64,000 nt of DNA from Eledone cirrhosa (GCA_964016885.1 OZ024741.1:257424001-257488000); one strand, 5' to 3'; counted from the first letter of the stretch, positions 13,348 to 26,420 are shown. Notes: a model not told the origin generated them from the letters alone. Translations and numbers: made by a program.

Positions 13348-13533
13348 AAGTATGACCTCGACGGCAGAGCTCAAGCCGTTTCGACGGCTATTTTCAGTCC
13401 AGAAATAACCGTCGAAACGGCTTGAGCTCTGCCGTCGGGGTCATACTTTTTCCTATTTCCCACTCTACTACCCTAAGTATTGAGTACTCTGGTGCGTTAT
13501 GGTCCATCTGGTTCCTTATCACATTTCTTTTGT
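13344..13533 (+). mobile_element. ORF-less foldback mini-element between (TA)n tracts
   Basis: Inverted arms of about 50 bp (13344-13397 / 13401-13452) containing CGAAACGG, then a tail with ACTC(13462)...GAGT(13482), then (TA)n. Confidence 0.65.
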
Positions 13534-14751
13534 TATATATATATATATATATATATACATAGTGATTGTGAAAACCGGAGCTCATTACTGCTATTTTGTG
13601 GATGTGTTTATTTCACAAGATCTTTTTTATTGGAGAAGGATAGACATTTTAAAATGTATTCTTTAATCAGTATGGTCAATTTCATACACAGAAATAGAGA
13701 GGACTTTCTTTTAATTTTATTTATTCGATATAAAAATTAAATGATAGTATTGTAGTTGTGTGTGGGGCCCTGGAAACCAATATCTTTAATGTGATTTTGG
13801 TAGTATTTACGGTTCCTAAGTATTCTATTAGTAGAACTTTTTATGTTGAAAGGGCTTGGCTGTTATTTCTAGCTGTCGATAACCCTATTCATGCCACTGA
13901 CTTGACAGTGGGGTGGTGTGTTTTTTTAGACAACATGTGCTTTTCACCGTTATTCCCTGATTTACTTTTAGTGTGTAATCCTAGATAGTTAAATCTTCTC
14001 CTTTGCTGATGATCCAAGATTTGACATCTATGTTTCACCAATTAATGGTGAAATATATTTCTTCAATGGAATATATACAAAGGAGATTAATCATTATTGC
14101 AAGGTATCCAGGGTTCTTGTTAATTTTTAATATGTTACCTCCGTAATTATGTGTGTTTACACTCTTTACAAATTAGCCCCTGTAATTGTTTGATGTGTTT
14201 ATTTTATATACATATGTCATTCGACTTTTAATTCAATGTTAATAAATGCTCGGATTTATTACTTGGAATCTTTGAGGTTATTCCGCAGGTGATATGGCGC
14301 ATGCTTCTGATATTCTCAGACATGGCATATTTAATATAATTTTGGTAGTATATATATATATATCAAATTAAAAATATTGATATTGTTTGCAGCAATATGC
14401 ACTTTAGAAGTGCATCATCGCTGTGATGTTGATAAGGCTTATCAAGAGACCTCTCAAAAAGGACTGTTTCTTGACGCGTTCGTAGCAAGTGAGAAATTCT
14501 CGAGAGGCGGCGGGAGAAATTAACACGTGATACAGTGGTTACAGGAGGGTAGTAAAGGTGGACAGTAAGCGAATACCGTATCATATATATATATATATAT
14601 ATATAATTCAAAATTCAATAAGACCAACGATTAATATTATTACTATTTATTTATACATCTACGGTCGTTTCAACGCGACTAGAATACTTCTTCAATTGTG
14701 GAGAAAAACTAAATATTATCAGTTAACTGATTTTACCAATGAAAAATAGTG

Positions 14752-14852
<101 letters not shown>

Positions 14853-15389
14853 ATATATATATATATATATAATAAAATGTTGTAGTTTGCTTGAAGCATG
14901 TATATAATATATAATATGGAAAGTGATGTAAGGCTAAACAATGCAAAGTGGACGTCATTTAATTTTTCCCTCTTTCTTTTTCTTTTTGTTATTGCAAACA
15001 TTATATAACCGAATTGAAATTTGTCGAATAAATAAAAGATGAAGGTAACGGATAAGTTAGTAACCAGGTAATCTTTGTTTTGTTTTTTGTTGATGTTTGG
15101 GACTTAAAATTTCCTTCTTCGGAGTATCAGGAACTTTCAGAGAAAAATGTAGCTTTCTTCTCTTTGGAATTAAATAATTTAGATTTAAATTTTATAGACC
15201 ACTTTCAAGCATTGTTTGATGTTTGCTTTGTTATTCACGAGAAGGATGGCGCCAATTGCCGATATAATATTTCATTGAATCAATTTTCTTTTTTTTTGTT
15301 TTGTATGAAATGTTTTTTAGGTTGCGTGTGATGTGTGTCCTTTTATGAAAAGTACTGTGTGCTGAGTTCTAATCTATTATTTATTTGCG

Positions 15390-15830
15390 GGTTGAGTCTA
15401 CATATGAGCAAGGCTTCCTTAATTCTTAAATTGCCCACACTTCTATCTCTGGCTTCAATATTGACTGTTATATTTTTTGCTGTTTCTGCATTTGTCAATG
15501 TGTTTTTTAATGAGGAAGCGTGTGTGTTGATGTGTTCGTTAACGCAGGTGTGAGCGCTCGAGTCGTGCTACCAATGTAGAACTCCTTACATTTATTTCAT
15601 TCAATCCGGTATACCTCATGTGTCCGCTGGCATATACCTGTGTCGCGGATAGGGCAATTAGTCAGTGAGCATCATTGGTTGTTGTTGTCTCCTCTAACAC
15701 ATGATTCATGAAAATACCACACTCCAGCGAAAGCATAACAACAGCTGTCCACAGAGCCATCCGCAAAGAAGGACTGGGCATACAAATTAGCACACTCCGG
15801 CCCTTCGCTGCGTGGATACCTATCTAAAAA
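15390..15830. mobile_element. Rearranged Penelope GIY-YIG fragment
   Basis: Minus strand encodes EFYIGSTTR and EARDRSVGNLRIKEALLI (about 15400-15600). Plus strand 15730-15825 encodes TTAVHRAIRKEGL..AHSGPSLR. Both are homologous to the 32784-34088 protein but lie in opposite orientations. Confidence 0.7.
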
Positions 15831-15879
15831 GCAATCCAGAAATAACATGAACCAATGCTCGCTGACTAATTGCCCTATC

Positions 15880-16030
15880 CGCAGTATTAAGAACTAGGCC
15901 GTCAGCTACGGTCATGAGGACTATAATAAACAATAGTGGACTGAGTGAGGTTTGATAAACTTCTACCTGCACATCGAATTCTTCACAAGACTCATTACTT
16001 GCTCTCACTTCATTGACAGCACGTTTGCAC
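15880..16030 (-). mobile_element. LINE RT fragment
   Basis: EEFDVQVEVYQTSLSPLLFIIVL resembles the GVxQGSxLSPLLF motif. Confidence 0.6.
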
Positions 16031-16789
16031 ATTTCAGCATCTCAGCGACGAGCTTTAATGGTACAACTGCTTTTCCATTTTCCATTTCCCCAATTGCTTC
16101 TATTACCCTGTAACTATCAAGAACGATAATATGTATTTATGTTAAGTCGTTCCCCCTCATTCTCCACATTCATCAACCTTTCACGATAATATTTTCGAAC
16201 TTCTTTCGCTTAAGCATCAGGGAAACTACGCGTACTCGGGTAATTCAGAACACATTTTCCCTCAACAATATCCTGGTTGACACTGGTGCACTGCAGAATA
16301 TTGTTAAACTTCCTGCTATCAGTTTCTTCTACGTGTTATATTGTTCATTGTTGTCTCATATTCCAATGTCTTTATGTCTGTCTCTTAGATTTAAGAGGTC
16401 TGTTTACAATGATGTTACCCTCTCAGATTACCCTTCGTATAGCTGATTCTTTGTACCAGTCACAGGTCCCGTCACTATGCTCCAGTATGTTTTCTCATGG
16501 AAACTCCCAATTGTACTGTGTATCATATGTATCTATTCATCGTCCCTTCTATCCTATGCGTCACGTAGAGCTTTTCTGAAACTATATTCAACTGAGGGGC
16601 CTTTTAGCTTCGATGTCACAGAGGAGTGGAAATTGTGTGTTATCGGAGTGTATTGATGGTAGTGTGGGGCGTTAATGGAGTGGAGGTGTTGTCACTGGAA
16701 TGTGGTATTAGTGGAATGGTAAGCGCCTGTTGAAGATGGATGAAAATACATATTTTTCTTCTCTTACACTTGTCCCCTTACAGAGTTAT

Positions 16790-17068
16790 GATATATTCAC
16801 AACAAAACGGTATATGTATATTACACATAGAGGGCGCCATCGGTCACTAATGACCATGGTTTTGCACCTGAAATGTTCCCCGCCGAAGCACAAGACTGGG
16901 CAATGTGTGTTTGTGGAACACCAACAGTCACTCATGCATAGCCCACGCAACCGATGACCTTGCAACTCATTTCTACAGCTGTGAAATAAAGTGCCTTGCT
17001 CAAGGACAGAACGCATCACCCGGTGTTAAACTCACAACCTCTCAATTGCAAGCTCAACACTCCACTAA
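16790..17068 (-). mobile_element. CORE-like tRNA SINE body, separated from its 5' head (20895-20920) by the Gypsy insertion
   Basis: Minus strand GTCCTTGAGCAAGGCACTTTATTTCAC. An intact relative at about 40670-40790 continues directly into CCACTAAGCCATG, which here reappears at 20895. Confidence 0.7.
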
Positions 17069-17740
17069 CGGATAGATGGAATTGTTGGTATGATGGTTTC
17101 AATGCAAAGAATAATACCAGGATTGTGTTGTTACAATGTTTATTTTATTATAACAATATTCAATTTGAATATTGACTGATAAAATCTATAACATGAAATA
17201 TTCGTACAATAAGTTGGTGGTTCTTCGAGCCACGTCAGTACAAGTATCACAGAATACGATATAATATAATTTGTATTGTATCTGAAAGATACAATATGAC
17301 AGACAGAAATGGTGCATGTAAAAATGCAAGCAATGTGAACGTGTGTGCGTATTAGTATACTTTCTTGTCTTAGCAGTAGTAGTAATCAATCAGCCATGCG
17401 GGAATGGCATGTGAGAAATTAGTGGACAGACTGGTTTTTCGTGAAGGGAGTTTGACAGCGTAAGTGAATACCTCCTCTCTTATCTGTAGTACCACATTTT
17501 CTGCTGGGCATAAACAAATCCTTGTATTTACAACTTCGTTGAAGTTAGAAGGATGGATATATCATGTGACGTCTGGTTAGGGTTGGTCTGCCGGGTGTAA
17601 ACAACCCTTGTATCTATAACGGTTGAAGTTAGAAGGGTGGATATATCATCTGACCTCTTTTCTGCCGTGCGTAAACAACCGTCATCTGACCTGTGGTTAG
17701 CAGCTCCCAAGGGGTTGATCTGCCGGGCGCAAACAACCAA
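17066..17740 (-). repeat. 3' LTR, clipped at both ends
   Basis: Matches 20213-20803 but lacks the terminal dinucleotides. Confidence 0.88.
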
Positions 17741-19460
17741 CTCAGCGCGACAGCTGCTGAGTTGGTGGCACCCTTAATGTACCGAATATCAGTAGTGTAC
17801 TGAGAAATGAAGTCCAGATGTCGGACCTCCCTGGCTGAGTGGCGATCAGGCTTGGCGTTGAACGCGTACACTAGTGGTTTGTGGTTGGTGTATATGGAGA
17901 ACACACAACCTTCTAGCATGTGTCGAAAATTCTTGACAGCAAGGTGTGCTGCCAATAATTCACGACTGAATGTATTGTACTTAGTTTCGGCGGGTTTTAA
18001 TCGCTTAGAGAAAAAATATACAGGTCGCCAAATATCGCCAGAGAGTTGTTGAAGCACACCTCCAACTCCGAAATCGGATGCATCAGTCAATAAACACATT
18101 GGGGTGTCAGGTTTGGGTAACTCAGCATTGTAGCCTCGGACAACATTTTCTTCAACTCAGCGAAAGCGGTACATTCTTTTTCGCTGAGATTGATGTTCGC
18201 GTTTTTGGTTGTACGCTGCCGCAGCAAATCTGTGAGTGGTTGGGCTGTCTCTGCACAGTGGGGTATAAATCTTCTGTAGAAGTTCACCAGGCCAAGAAAT
18301 TCTCGCAGTTTGCGGAGAGATGTGGGCTGTGGATAATCAATGATGGATTAGACCTTCTCCTTAAGTGGACGAATGCCATCTTTATCAATGATGTGTCCCA
18401 GAAAATGAAGGGACGCAACTCCGAACTCACATTTGCTGGGGTTGATAACAATTCCGTATTCACACAAACGTTCGAATAGCAGGTGCAGGTATTTCTCATG
18501 TTCTCCTTCGGAGCCGCTCGCCACCAGTAAGTCGTCGATGTATGCGTATACAAAAGGTAGACCTCTGGTGACTGTATCAATGAACCATTGGAATGTCTGC
18601 GCTGCATTGCGCAAACCGAAAGGCATACGCAGGAATTCGAACATTCCAAAGGGTGTTGTGACGGCGGTCTTCGGAATATCAGCGGGCTCCACAGGTATCT
18701 GATTGTAAGCTCGCACAAGATCGATCATCGAAAATATGCAAGCTCCGTGCAGCGAGCTAGAGAAGTCCTGTATATGAGGCACTGGATAAGAGTCAGGCAC
18801 GGTGCAGTTGTTCAGTGCACGGTAGTCGCCACAGATTCGCCAGTCGTTCGACAATTTCTTGGGTACACAGTGTATGGTGAGGACCAGTTGCTGCTGGAAG
18901 GATGTATGATGCCGAGATCCAGCATGTGTTGAAATTCTTGTCTGACGGACTTCAGACGGTCTGGTGGTAGCCTTCTAGGTCATGCAGCGACAGGTGGGCC
19001 GTGTGTTTTTATGTGGCAGGTGACGTCATGTTTTACAGGCCAGGCGTTGAATACTGGTCGAGCTATATCTGGGTATTTGTTGATTATATAGCTGTGCCGG
19101 GTTGTTGTTGCCGATCGTGAAATAACAGTTTTTCATGTCCACTGTCAGCGAGAAGTGTTGAAGAATGTCAGCTCCTAAAATAGAGGTCGGCAGCTTAGCC
19201 ACAACGAAAACCCACTGGAAAGTGCGGCGTAGTTCTAAATTCAGTGTCATGGACTGCTCTCCGTAGGTTGGAATAGGTCAATGATTCACCGCTTGGAGCC
19301 AGGCTGGTGTTTCTTTCCTTTTTCCAGGAACGCAGGAAACCGGGATGATGCTGACTTCAGCCCCGGTGTCGACCAAGAAACGCGGCGTGCCTGTGACGCG
19401 ATCCTGAATGAAAAACAGGCGACTTTGATTATGAAGGCCAGAATCGTCCGCCGCATTCAG
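17741..19460 (-). pseudogene. Gypsy pol (protease-RT-RNase H), frameshifted, no integrase
   Basis: [55 protein letters not shown]. Confidence 0.92.
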
Positions 19461-20154
19461 TTTCTGGCTGTGTCGTTTCCCTGATTCGACATCGACACAA
19501 ATGAACAGGGATGGCTGCACTTGCGCGCACGCCTTCCGAATTTTTGGTGGTACCAACACATTTCTGGTGAATCACGGGATGCGCTCGGACTTCTAGGGCG
19601 ACTACCGAATCGTCGAGTTTGACTGTTAGACTGACGCGTGACAGGGTTACCCAGTGACAAGGCCTGAATTTGTTGCGTCAAGGCCTGTATCTGTGTTGCT
19701 TGCTGTGCCAGTAACTGGTGTAGATCGGGCATCTCTGTGGCACTGTAGGGTTGAAGGAAAGAATTGGTGGAAGGCACGGCTGGCGTCACATTCGCCGTAG
19801 GAGTTGCGTCGCCTTTATATCTCCTATTTCCTCCGATATGAGGAGCTGGTGCAAGCGCTTCTGCTGCGACTCCGACGTCCTCTTAATCAACGTTGTTTTA
19901 AATGTGTCATATGACACAGAGCCGGGTGGTGTTAAAATGAGGTCTCGAACCTCATTCATAATCTCCGGAGACATCGAACCAATGACATGTGTGAGACAAG
20001 ATGCCTCGCTAACGATCCGGTTCGATGCGAACTGCGCTTCGATGTGCGCGAACCACAGTGTTGGATCGTGCACCCAGAATGGTGGTATCCTTAATGTAAA
20101 CGCCGCCCGGACTGCCATTTCTGCCGTAGATGAATCGTTGTGTGCTAGGGACAT
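19457..20154 (-). pseudogene. Gypsy gag (two segments, internally deleted or frameshifted)
   Basis: ORFs 19786-20154 and 19457-19789 with typical invertebrate Gypsy gag motifs. Confidence 0.88.
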
Positions 20155-20168
20155 CGTTTGTTGTGGAT

Positions 20169-20208
20169 GATCAGAAGGTTGTGTGTCTGTATCACGTCGG
20201 GGTCACCA
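20169..20208 (-). promoter_or_regulatory. Primer-binding site complementary to tRNA-Trp, extended to 40 nt
   Basis: Plus strand GATCAGAAGGTTGTGTGTCTGTATCACGTCGGGGTCACCA lies 2 nt from the LTR and matches the 3' 40 nt of metazoan tRNA-Trp as I recall it (35/40). Confidence 0.85.
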
Positions 20209-20210
20209 GT

Positions 20211-20808
20211 TGTAACGGTTAGATGGAATTATTGGTATGAAGGTTTCAATGCAAAGAATAATACCAGGATTGTGTTGTTACAATGTTTATTTTATTATAA
20301 CAATATTCAATTTGAATATTGAATCTGAAAGATACAATATGACAGGCAGAAATGGTGCGTGTAAAAATGCAAGCAGTGTGAACTTACTATGTGTGCGTGC
20401 GTATTAGTATACTTTCTTGTCTTAGCAGTAGTTGTATTCAATCAGCCATGCGGGAATGGCATGTGAGAAATTAGTGGACAGACTGGTTTTTCGTGAAGGG
20501 AGTTTGACAACATAAGTGAATACCTCCTCACTTATCTGTAGTACCACTTTTTCTGCTGGGCATAAAGAAATCCTTGTATTTACAACTTCGTTGAAGTTAG
20601 AAGGATGGATATATCATCTGACCTGTGGTTAGTATCTCCCAAGGGGTTGGTCTGCCGGGTGTAAACAACCCTTGTATTTATAACGGTTGAAGTTAGAATG
20701 ATGGATATATCATCTGACCTCTTTTCTGTCGGGTGTAAACAACCGTCATCTGACATGTGGTTAGCATCTCCCAAGGGGCTGGTCTGCCGGGTGTAAACAA
20801 CCAACCAC
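20211..20808 (-). repeat. 5' LTR (TG...CA) with internal tandem sub-repeats
   Basis: Direct repeat of 17066-17740. Internal repeated blocks GTTGAAGTTAGAAGGATGGATATATCATCTGACC and GGGTGTAAACAACC. Confidence 0.9.
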
Positions 20809-20949
20809 AGCTTGTCCCAGAGGCGGGAAAGCTCATCAGATTCGGTTTCGAATCTTCGCCGGTTTCAATGCAGGAGTATTCCGTTATACTCCAGCCACTA
20901 AGCCATGCGCCTTCACACATTGTATGTGTGTCTATATAAAGATATATTA

Positions 20950-21770
20950 ATAACATTTATATATCTGTATCGATTCTAGAGATGATATTCCTCTATCAAT
21001 TTCAAGAGTTGTAAGAAATGAATTAACTGACAATAAAAATGTTAAATAATGATGCGACAGAGATCCTTGGAACAGTAGGAGATATATGATGAATGCATTG
21101 TTGGTGATTAATGGAGTTCTCACATCAGTATTTAGAGGAGTTGGGGTAGCGGGAGGAAACTTTGAACTGGAGTTACTGGCGGTTTTTCTTATTGAGAATT
21201 TCTTCCCTTCTGATGAGAATGGCGAGTGATGATGTCGGTGATAGGGAGAGGGTGCAGACACCAATTATACGATTGGGTGTAGAATATGTAGACTAGACAG
21301 TATAGAGATTGAGAGAGTGTAGTTCTGAGAGGAATAGGATGTGTGGTTTGTGGATGGTGGTGGTGGTGGTGGTGGTGGTGATAGTGTGTGTGTGTATGTA
21401 GGAAGTCTAGGTTGAATTTGAGTTCACATGTTAGGAAAGATGGAGGATTGACCATTGAATTTTGTTTCCGTTGGGGGCTACCTGATGTGTGATAACAGAA
21501 ATGTTTATTTTTTTATGTGTATTGACATAGATTCAATCCTAGTAATAAGGTATGTTAAGTCTCTTTACGTGCATACTTTAATTTCACACTGTTCTATATT
21601 CGGTTTGTGAAGGAAACTATAATTTCCTCTAAGTAATCAAAACATAAATGAACTACCGTTTCTTCCGTGTAGAACACGCACTCCTTTTTGACCAGAAAGA
21701 TATCTGGAAAAGCCTAGTTTTGTGTATAGCGCTTTGAGAAACCGGAAAAAATCTGTCGCTGGACATTCAA
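20950..21770 (-). mobile_element. Heavily decayed PLE RT remnant
   Basis: Scattered peptides (LNIPYY*, HTSGSPNG, TNNAF..L) resemble PLE motifs YTNIPH, G.PMG and K.TN..QYL. Confidence 0.35.
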
Positions 21771-22329
21771 GCTAGAGAGCATTAGTGAATGCAAAATATA
21801 TATATGTACAATGTATTATTTTCCAATAAAAAATAATTAGCCAGTTAATTAAATTTTTGACAGCTGTGACCCTAACAGATTAGTGATTCATGTTCACACC
21901 TTGTATAATGATCCTTTTGATCATTTGGTAATTAAAGATGATAAAATATAATAATTATACAAACAGTTCAATTATGTTTACAATATTATAAATAGCAATG
22001 CAAATCCTAGCCTGTCATTCACAAAGTGATGATGTGTAGAGTTAGAAACTTGTACACTGCAAAAGAAAAGCTATGTATCATTGCCTATGCAGAAACACGG
22101 AATAACCGTGCCACCGGCACAGAGTAGAGCTTATGAGAGGGGGGTTGAGCCGATACTTTGTTCCGAGGCCCAAGAGCTAAGAAGGCCCCACAGAAACCAT
22201 GCAACATCCATTTTGAGAAAGTATTTTACCTGTTTCGGGCCCCAAAGGGATCTTGTATCGCCTTGCAAAATTTCTCATGGCGACCCTGGCAGAGAGTCCA
22301 GTTAGAGACAGGCGTCTACTAAATGGTTT

Positions 22330-22615
22330 TCTGAGGGGGTTAGCCAAACAAAATAAAGCAGAACGTTGGAAGTCAGCAAAATTCCTTGAACGTGAACAGA
22401 ATGTTGTTGATTAGACAATACAAGCTAGAGAGTAGGGTATTGCTGTATCAAACCACAGATCTACGGCTCAAAACAACGCTAGTAGCCTCTGAAAGCTGGT
22501 CTTACGGCTTACTGCGCAGACACCAACTGTCCATACACACACGCAACCACATTTCACAGCGACCTCCAGGAGATTATGAAGATAAATTATTAGAATTTCA
22601 ACGTATACAGTATCA
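22330..22615 (+). mobile_element. pogo/Tigger transposase HTH fragment
   Basis: VASESWSYGLLRRHQLSIHTRNHISQRPPGDYEDKLLEFQ matches the CENP-B/pogo HTH end (ASxGW...F..R..LS.R.RT..SQ..P). Confidence 0.7.
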
Positions 22616-22785
22616 GTAAACCTTTATTCAAAAGGTACGATCGAAGTTAAAAGTGCACGGTGTTGGTTGATTCTTGATACAATATTTTGTCTTCTGCTGG
22701 CTTTTTTCTTGGGAAAATAATTGAAAAAGCTGGAAAAATATAGTTATGGTGTATACTGCGCAGACTCAAAACAAATAGGGAAGAA

Positions 22786-24153
22786 TCTATACTATAAAGC
22801 TGACGGCCGTATGTAGGTAACAAACTTTCCGCCAAACGGCTGGACCAAACAGCACCAAATTTGCACCATAGATGTAACTTTTTCCAAGTAAAAAAGTGAG
22901 GCTATTTTTGTCTACTGAATTTTGTTAAAAGATTAAAGACATTATTTAAATATTCACTTCTTTAAAATTTCAAATGTCAACACTTCCGGTTATACGACAT
23001 TCTTCACTTTTTCTTATGATGTCGCACAAGATTCCCCTCTTTTTCTTAGTCTGTATGACTGGCTGTCTGCATTAGATAACGTTTTTCGAAGTATTTAGTT
23101 CTGCGTTCACATACTGATTTTTTTAGTTTCAGAAGATCCCATTAAGAGTGAAAGCAGCGATTCTTTGCTTAAACTTCAATCTGTTATTTTAATATATACA
23201 TTCGTGTACAGATATTTTTGCATACACAAAAACAAAAACCTATTTATTTCACGAAAGCACAGACGGCTTATCGTCATTGTTACTGTTCGAGGTTAGAGGA
23301 CCACAGTCTTTCCAAGATCTGAGAACCATCAATGGCCATCAATGTTCCACTTACCGTTTGGCTTGCCAGATGCGTGGTATGTTACACGATGACAGCCATT
23401 AGCATCTCACCCTGCAAGAAGCAGACACTGCTAAAGCCCCTTCTCAGCTGCGAAAACCTTTTGCTATTATGTTGCACAACTGCGATCTCGCCGACCCCCT
23501 CGCACTGTGGAACAACCACCGCGAAAGTCTAGCTGAGGACATCTTCCAACTCACACGCAGACACAATCCGAACGTAACATACGATGTCGTTTTCAATAAT
23601 GCGCTCATTTATCTTGAAAACAGTGTCCTGGAGATTGGTGGTAGGCCTCTAAGTCACTACAGCTTACCTGCTCCTAACAGGAGTGTCCAGAGGTCAACGT
23701 CTACAGAGCTTCTCCGCGAGACGAGCTACGAGATCAGTGATTCTCCCAAGGTAGGTATGTAGGATGCTCTAGGGTGAGCTCGCCAAACAATTTCTTCATC
23801 TTTGATCCGGAGGACCGAACAAAAAATATTGTATACTCTGAGGCTCTAACAATGTAATTTAAATATTTTCTGTTACTTGGAATTTCCATTATGGTTGTAC
23901 AAATTATTGTTTGTTAAAAAATATGTTCTCTGTTCAGCCTTTATTGTTGTAATTATCAATTTTCTTTAACGTACTGGCTGCTGAACTTTGGAATCCTAAA
24001 AACTATGCAAACCCAACATCAGAGCACGTTAAACCCCACCCCTCGCTGACTTGAGCGGGCGTGCGGTATCTTTGCACTAGAGTGTAGGGGGGATTCCTGA
24101 AATGATAAAATGCCTGTATACCTAGCCGAGCGCCAGCCGGACAGGCCAGATAG
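22786..24153 (+). mobile_element. Internally deleted Helitron with RepHel remnants
   Basis: 5' A|TCTATACTATAAAG...AACGGCTGGACC. Peptides VRGPQSFQDLRTING and LFAIMLHNCDLADPLALWNNHRESLAED, then the helicase C-terminus YVGCSRVSSPNNFFIF...TKNIVYSEAL*. 3' GC hairpin plus degenerate CTAG (ATAG|T). Confidence 0.85.
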
Positions 24154-24195
24154 TATGGTAAATAAAACACAAACAAGGAAAATAACTCTTATATA

Positions 24196-24565
24196 ATTGT
24201 TTCTACATTTGGCACAAGGCCAACAATTATCCGAGTGCATTATTGGTACTGGATTGGCAGTATCGGTAGAGAGTCGGACGCCATGCTTTCCAGCATAGTT
24301 ACGTCCCTTTACGATCTAAGTTCAAATTCCGCCGAGGTTGACTTTGCCATCCATCCTTACGGGGTCGATAAAATAAAGTACCAGTAATGCACTGGGTAAT
24401 TGCTGGCCTTGTGCCTAAAGTAGAAACAATTATTGGTACTTTATTTTATCGACCCCGTATGGATGAAAGGCAAAGTTAACCTCGGCGCGATTTGAACTCA
24501 GATCATAAAGGGCCATAACTCTATGCTGGAAAGCATGGTGTCTGGCTCTCTACCAATACTGTTAA
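24196..24565. mobile_element. Cluster of SINE copies in alternating orientation
   Basis: Same family as 12949-13130: minus tail 24196-24250, plus copy about 24259-24432, minus copy about 24433-24565. Confidence 0.8.
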
Positions 24566-24899
24566 TAAACCACCTCTATATAATTCTTATATAGTAATAA
24601 CTCTACGCGTTAAGAATGCAAGGGAGGCAACTCAGAAGAAACTACAAACCCAAATTACTTAAGTAATGATATTTTATATGTTGAAAAGAATTTATCCAAA
24701 CATAAAACCTCTCGATTCACGAACGGTGTCTCGAGTAACCAACACCCAAGGCAGTAACAACGGTTGGCAACGAAATTGGAGTATCAGTGGGGCAGCGTGA
24801 CCTGCTGTGTAGTTAGTCACTATGGTGATACCTATCTGTCTTTCAAACACAGTCTTTTTCTCATTGTATTTCTCTCTCACATTTCGTATAGGAAAATAT

Positions 24900-25815
24900 G
24901 TATATGCTATCAAAGCAAAGCGAAACTTGTTTTCTGCAAAAAATTATTTTAGTAGATATTAAAAAGGAATAAATGTTGTGGAAGGTTGTGCTGGAGTATG
25001 AGATCGATGGGCAGCTTCTTACTGCCCTGGTGTCTCTATATGAATGTCCAAGTATTTGTGTTCGGATAAACGGTGCTAAATCGAAACCATTCAATGTGAG
25101 TATCGTACTCCACCAAGGATGCACACTGTCACCTCTCCAGTGCATTATTTACGTTAACAAGATTGACATGCACAGCCGTGTTGGAAGTGGTATCACGACT
25201 TGTGGGTGTAAAATCAGTTGGCTCAAATTTGTAGATGACTTAACTCAACAGAAGGTGATGTTTGACTTGCACATGATAGGTTTGATGCCAAGTGCTGCAT
25301 GACCGGAATGAAAATGAGTGCTGCAAAACTGAAACAATCGTCCTCTTAAGGAAACCGGTACAGTGCACTCAATATATGATAGCCAAACTTGCTATCTTCA
25401 TTTTGGTATTCGTGCCAACCATTACCTATGGTTATGAATCTTGGGTAATGACCGAAAGAATACTATCTCGAATACAAGCAGCTAAAATGGGATTTCTCTG
25501 AAGGGTCTCGGAGATCAGAGAATTGCTCCATGTAGAGCTGCAACTTCTCTTCCGATAATATGGGCATGTGATTAGAATGTCTCGGGAAACAATCACTGGA
25601 CAGATTTTACGGACAAAACCAACTGACAGGAGACCCAGGGGTAAACCTCGAGCAAGAGTGTTGGTTAACATCCATGAGCTCGGATGGTTTCGCTTAGGGA
25701 TCCAGTCGAATCAGTTGGAAATGGTTGTTTCTGACGAGCTCTGGAAGCATTCTTTGAGGATTCTGCCCCACGACCCGACCCTCTAAGGAATAAGTTGGCA
25801 AAGAAGAAGAAGAAG
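24900..25815 (+). mobile_element. 5'-truncated RTE LINE 3' fragment
   Basis: LHQGCTLSPL, KFVDDL, PTITYGYESWVMTE, RRPRGKPR; ends in (AAG)n at about 25800. Confidence 0.85.
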
Positions 25816-25999
25816 GAGTATCCTGCAGTCCATTGTCTGATTGCCACCGTCAACGCTGCTACTGTAAAAATCCAACACTGTCGGAAGCAATTCAAAATAA
25901 TCGGATACCCCTTCAACCAATCATGACCAGGTAAGGTAGCTGATTGGATGCCTGCAATTACTGTGCCAAGAAACTTGTAGCAGTTACAGAAATTGTAGA

Positions 26000-26420
26000 G
26001 AGTTTTGAGTACGAAGGTAGCTCGGTGCAGAGAATGAAAGAAGCTGTGCGAAATCCTGATATCAGAACTCATCTCAACTAAATCTGTTCATACAATTTAC
26101 AGTTGAAAGAGCTGGCTATGAAAGCTGAATCTAGAGCTTTCACCATCTACGATACTTTAAAAAGCCTAGAAAAATGAAATATAATGAAGACCCATGTTGC
26201 ATCATGAATTACATTGATTTTAGATTCAATAAAAATCAAATCAATTCGATAATTCAATTAATGAACCCCATAGTTTCAAATGTGGAATATGCTTATCTGT
26301 GACAATGCCAAGTGACATCAGCTGATGTAGAACACAATTTTTTGTTGTTGAAAACTATGCTTGCAAAAAAACAGGCACATTTTGCATACAAATATATCGT
26401 ATTGCACTATAATAAAGTCC
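26000..26420 (+). mobile_element. hAT-like transposase C-terminal remnant
   Basis: QCQVTSADVEHNFLLLKTMLAK resembles the hAT dimerisation motif (TS..VERSFS). Confidence 0.45.

Larger units (their letters stand above)
17066..20808 (-). mobile_element. Gypsy/Ty3 LTR retrotransposon, integrase and PPT deleted
   Basis: LTRs at 20211-20808 and 17066-17740. PBS TGGTGACCCCGACGTGAT (tRNA-Trp). Gag RIPPFW..P.LWF..IEAQF and CWYH..FG..ARKC..PC; protease FLVDTGAEVS; [11 protein letters not shown]; RNase H TDASDFGVGGVLQQ, joined directly to the 3' LTR. Confidence 0.95.

Noticed and set aside
13770-14340. Tyrosine-recombinase-like LRISEA peptide on the minus strand
   Set aside because: Single short motif among many stops; insufficient to call.
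20169-20208. tRNA-Trp gene
   Set aside because: Only the 3' 40 nt, with encoded CCA, adjacent to an LTR; this is a PBS.
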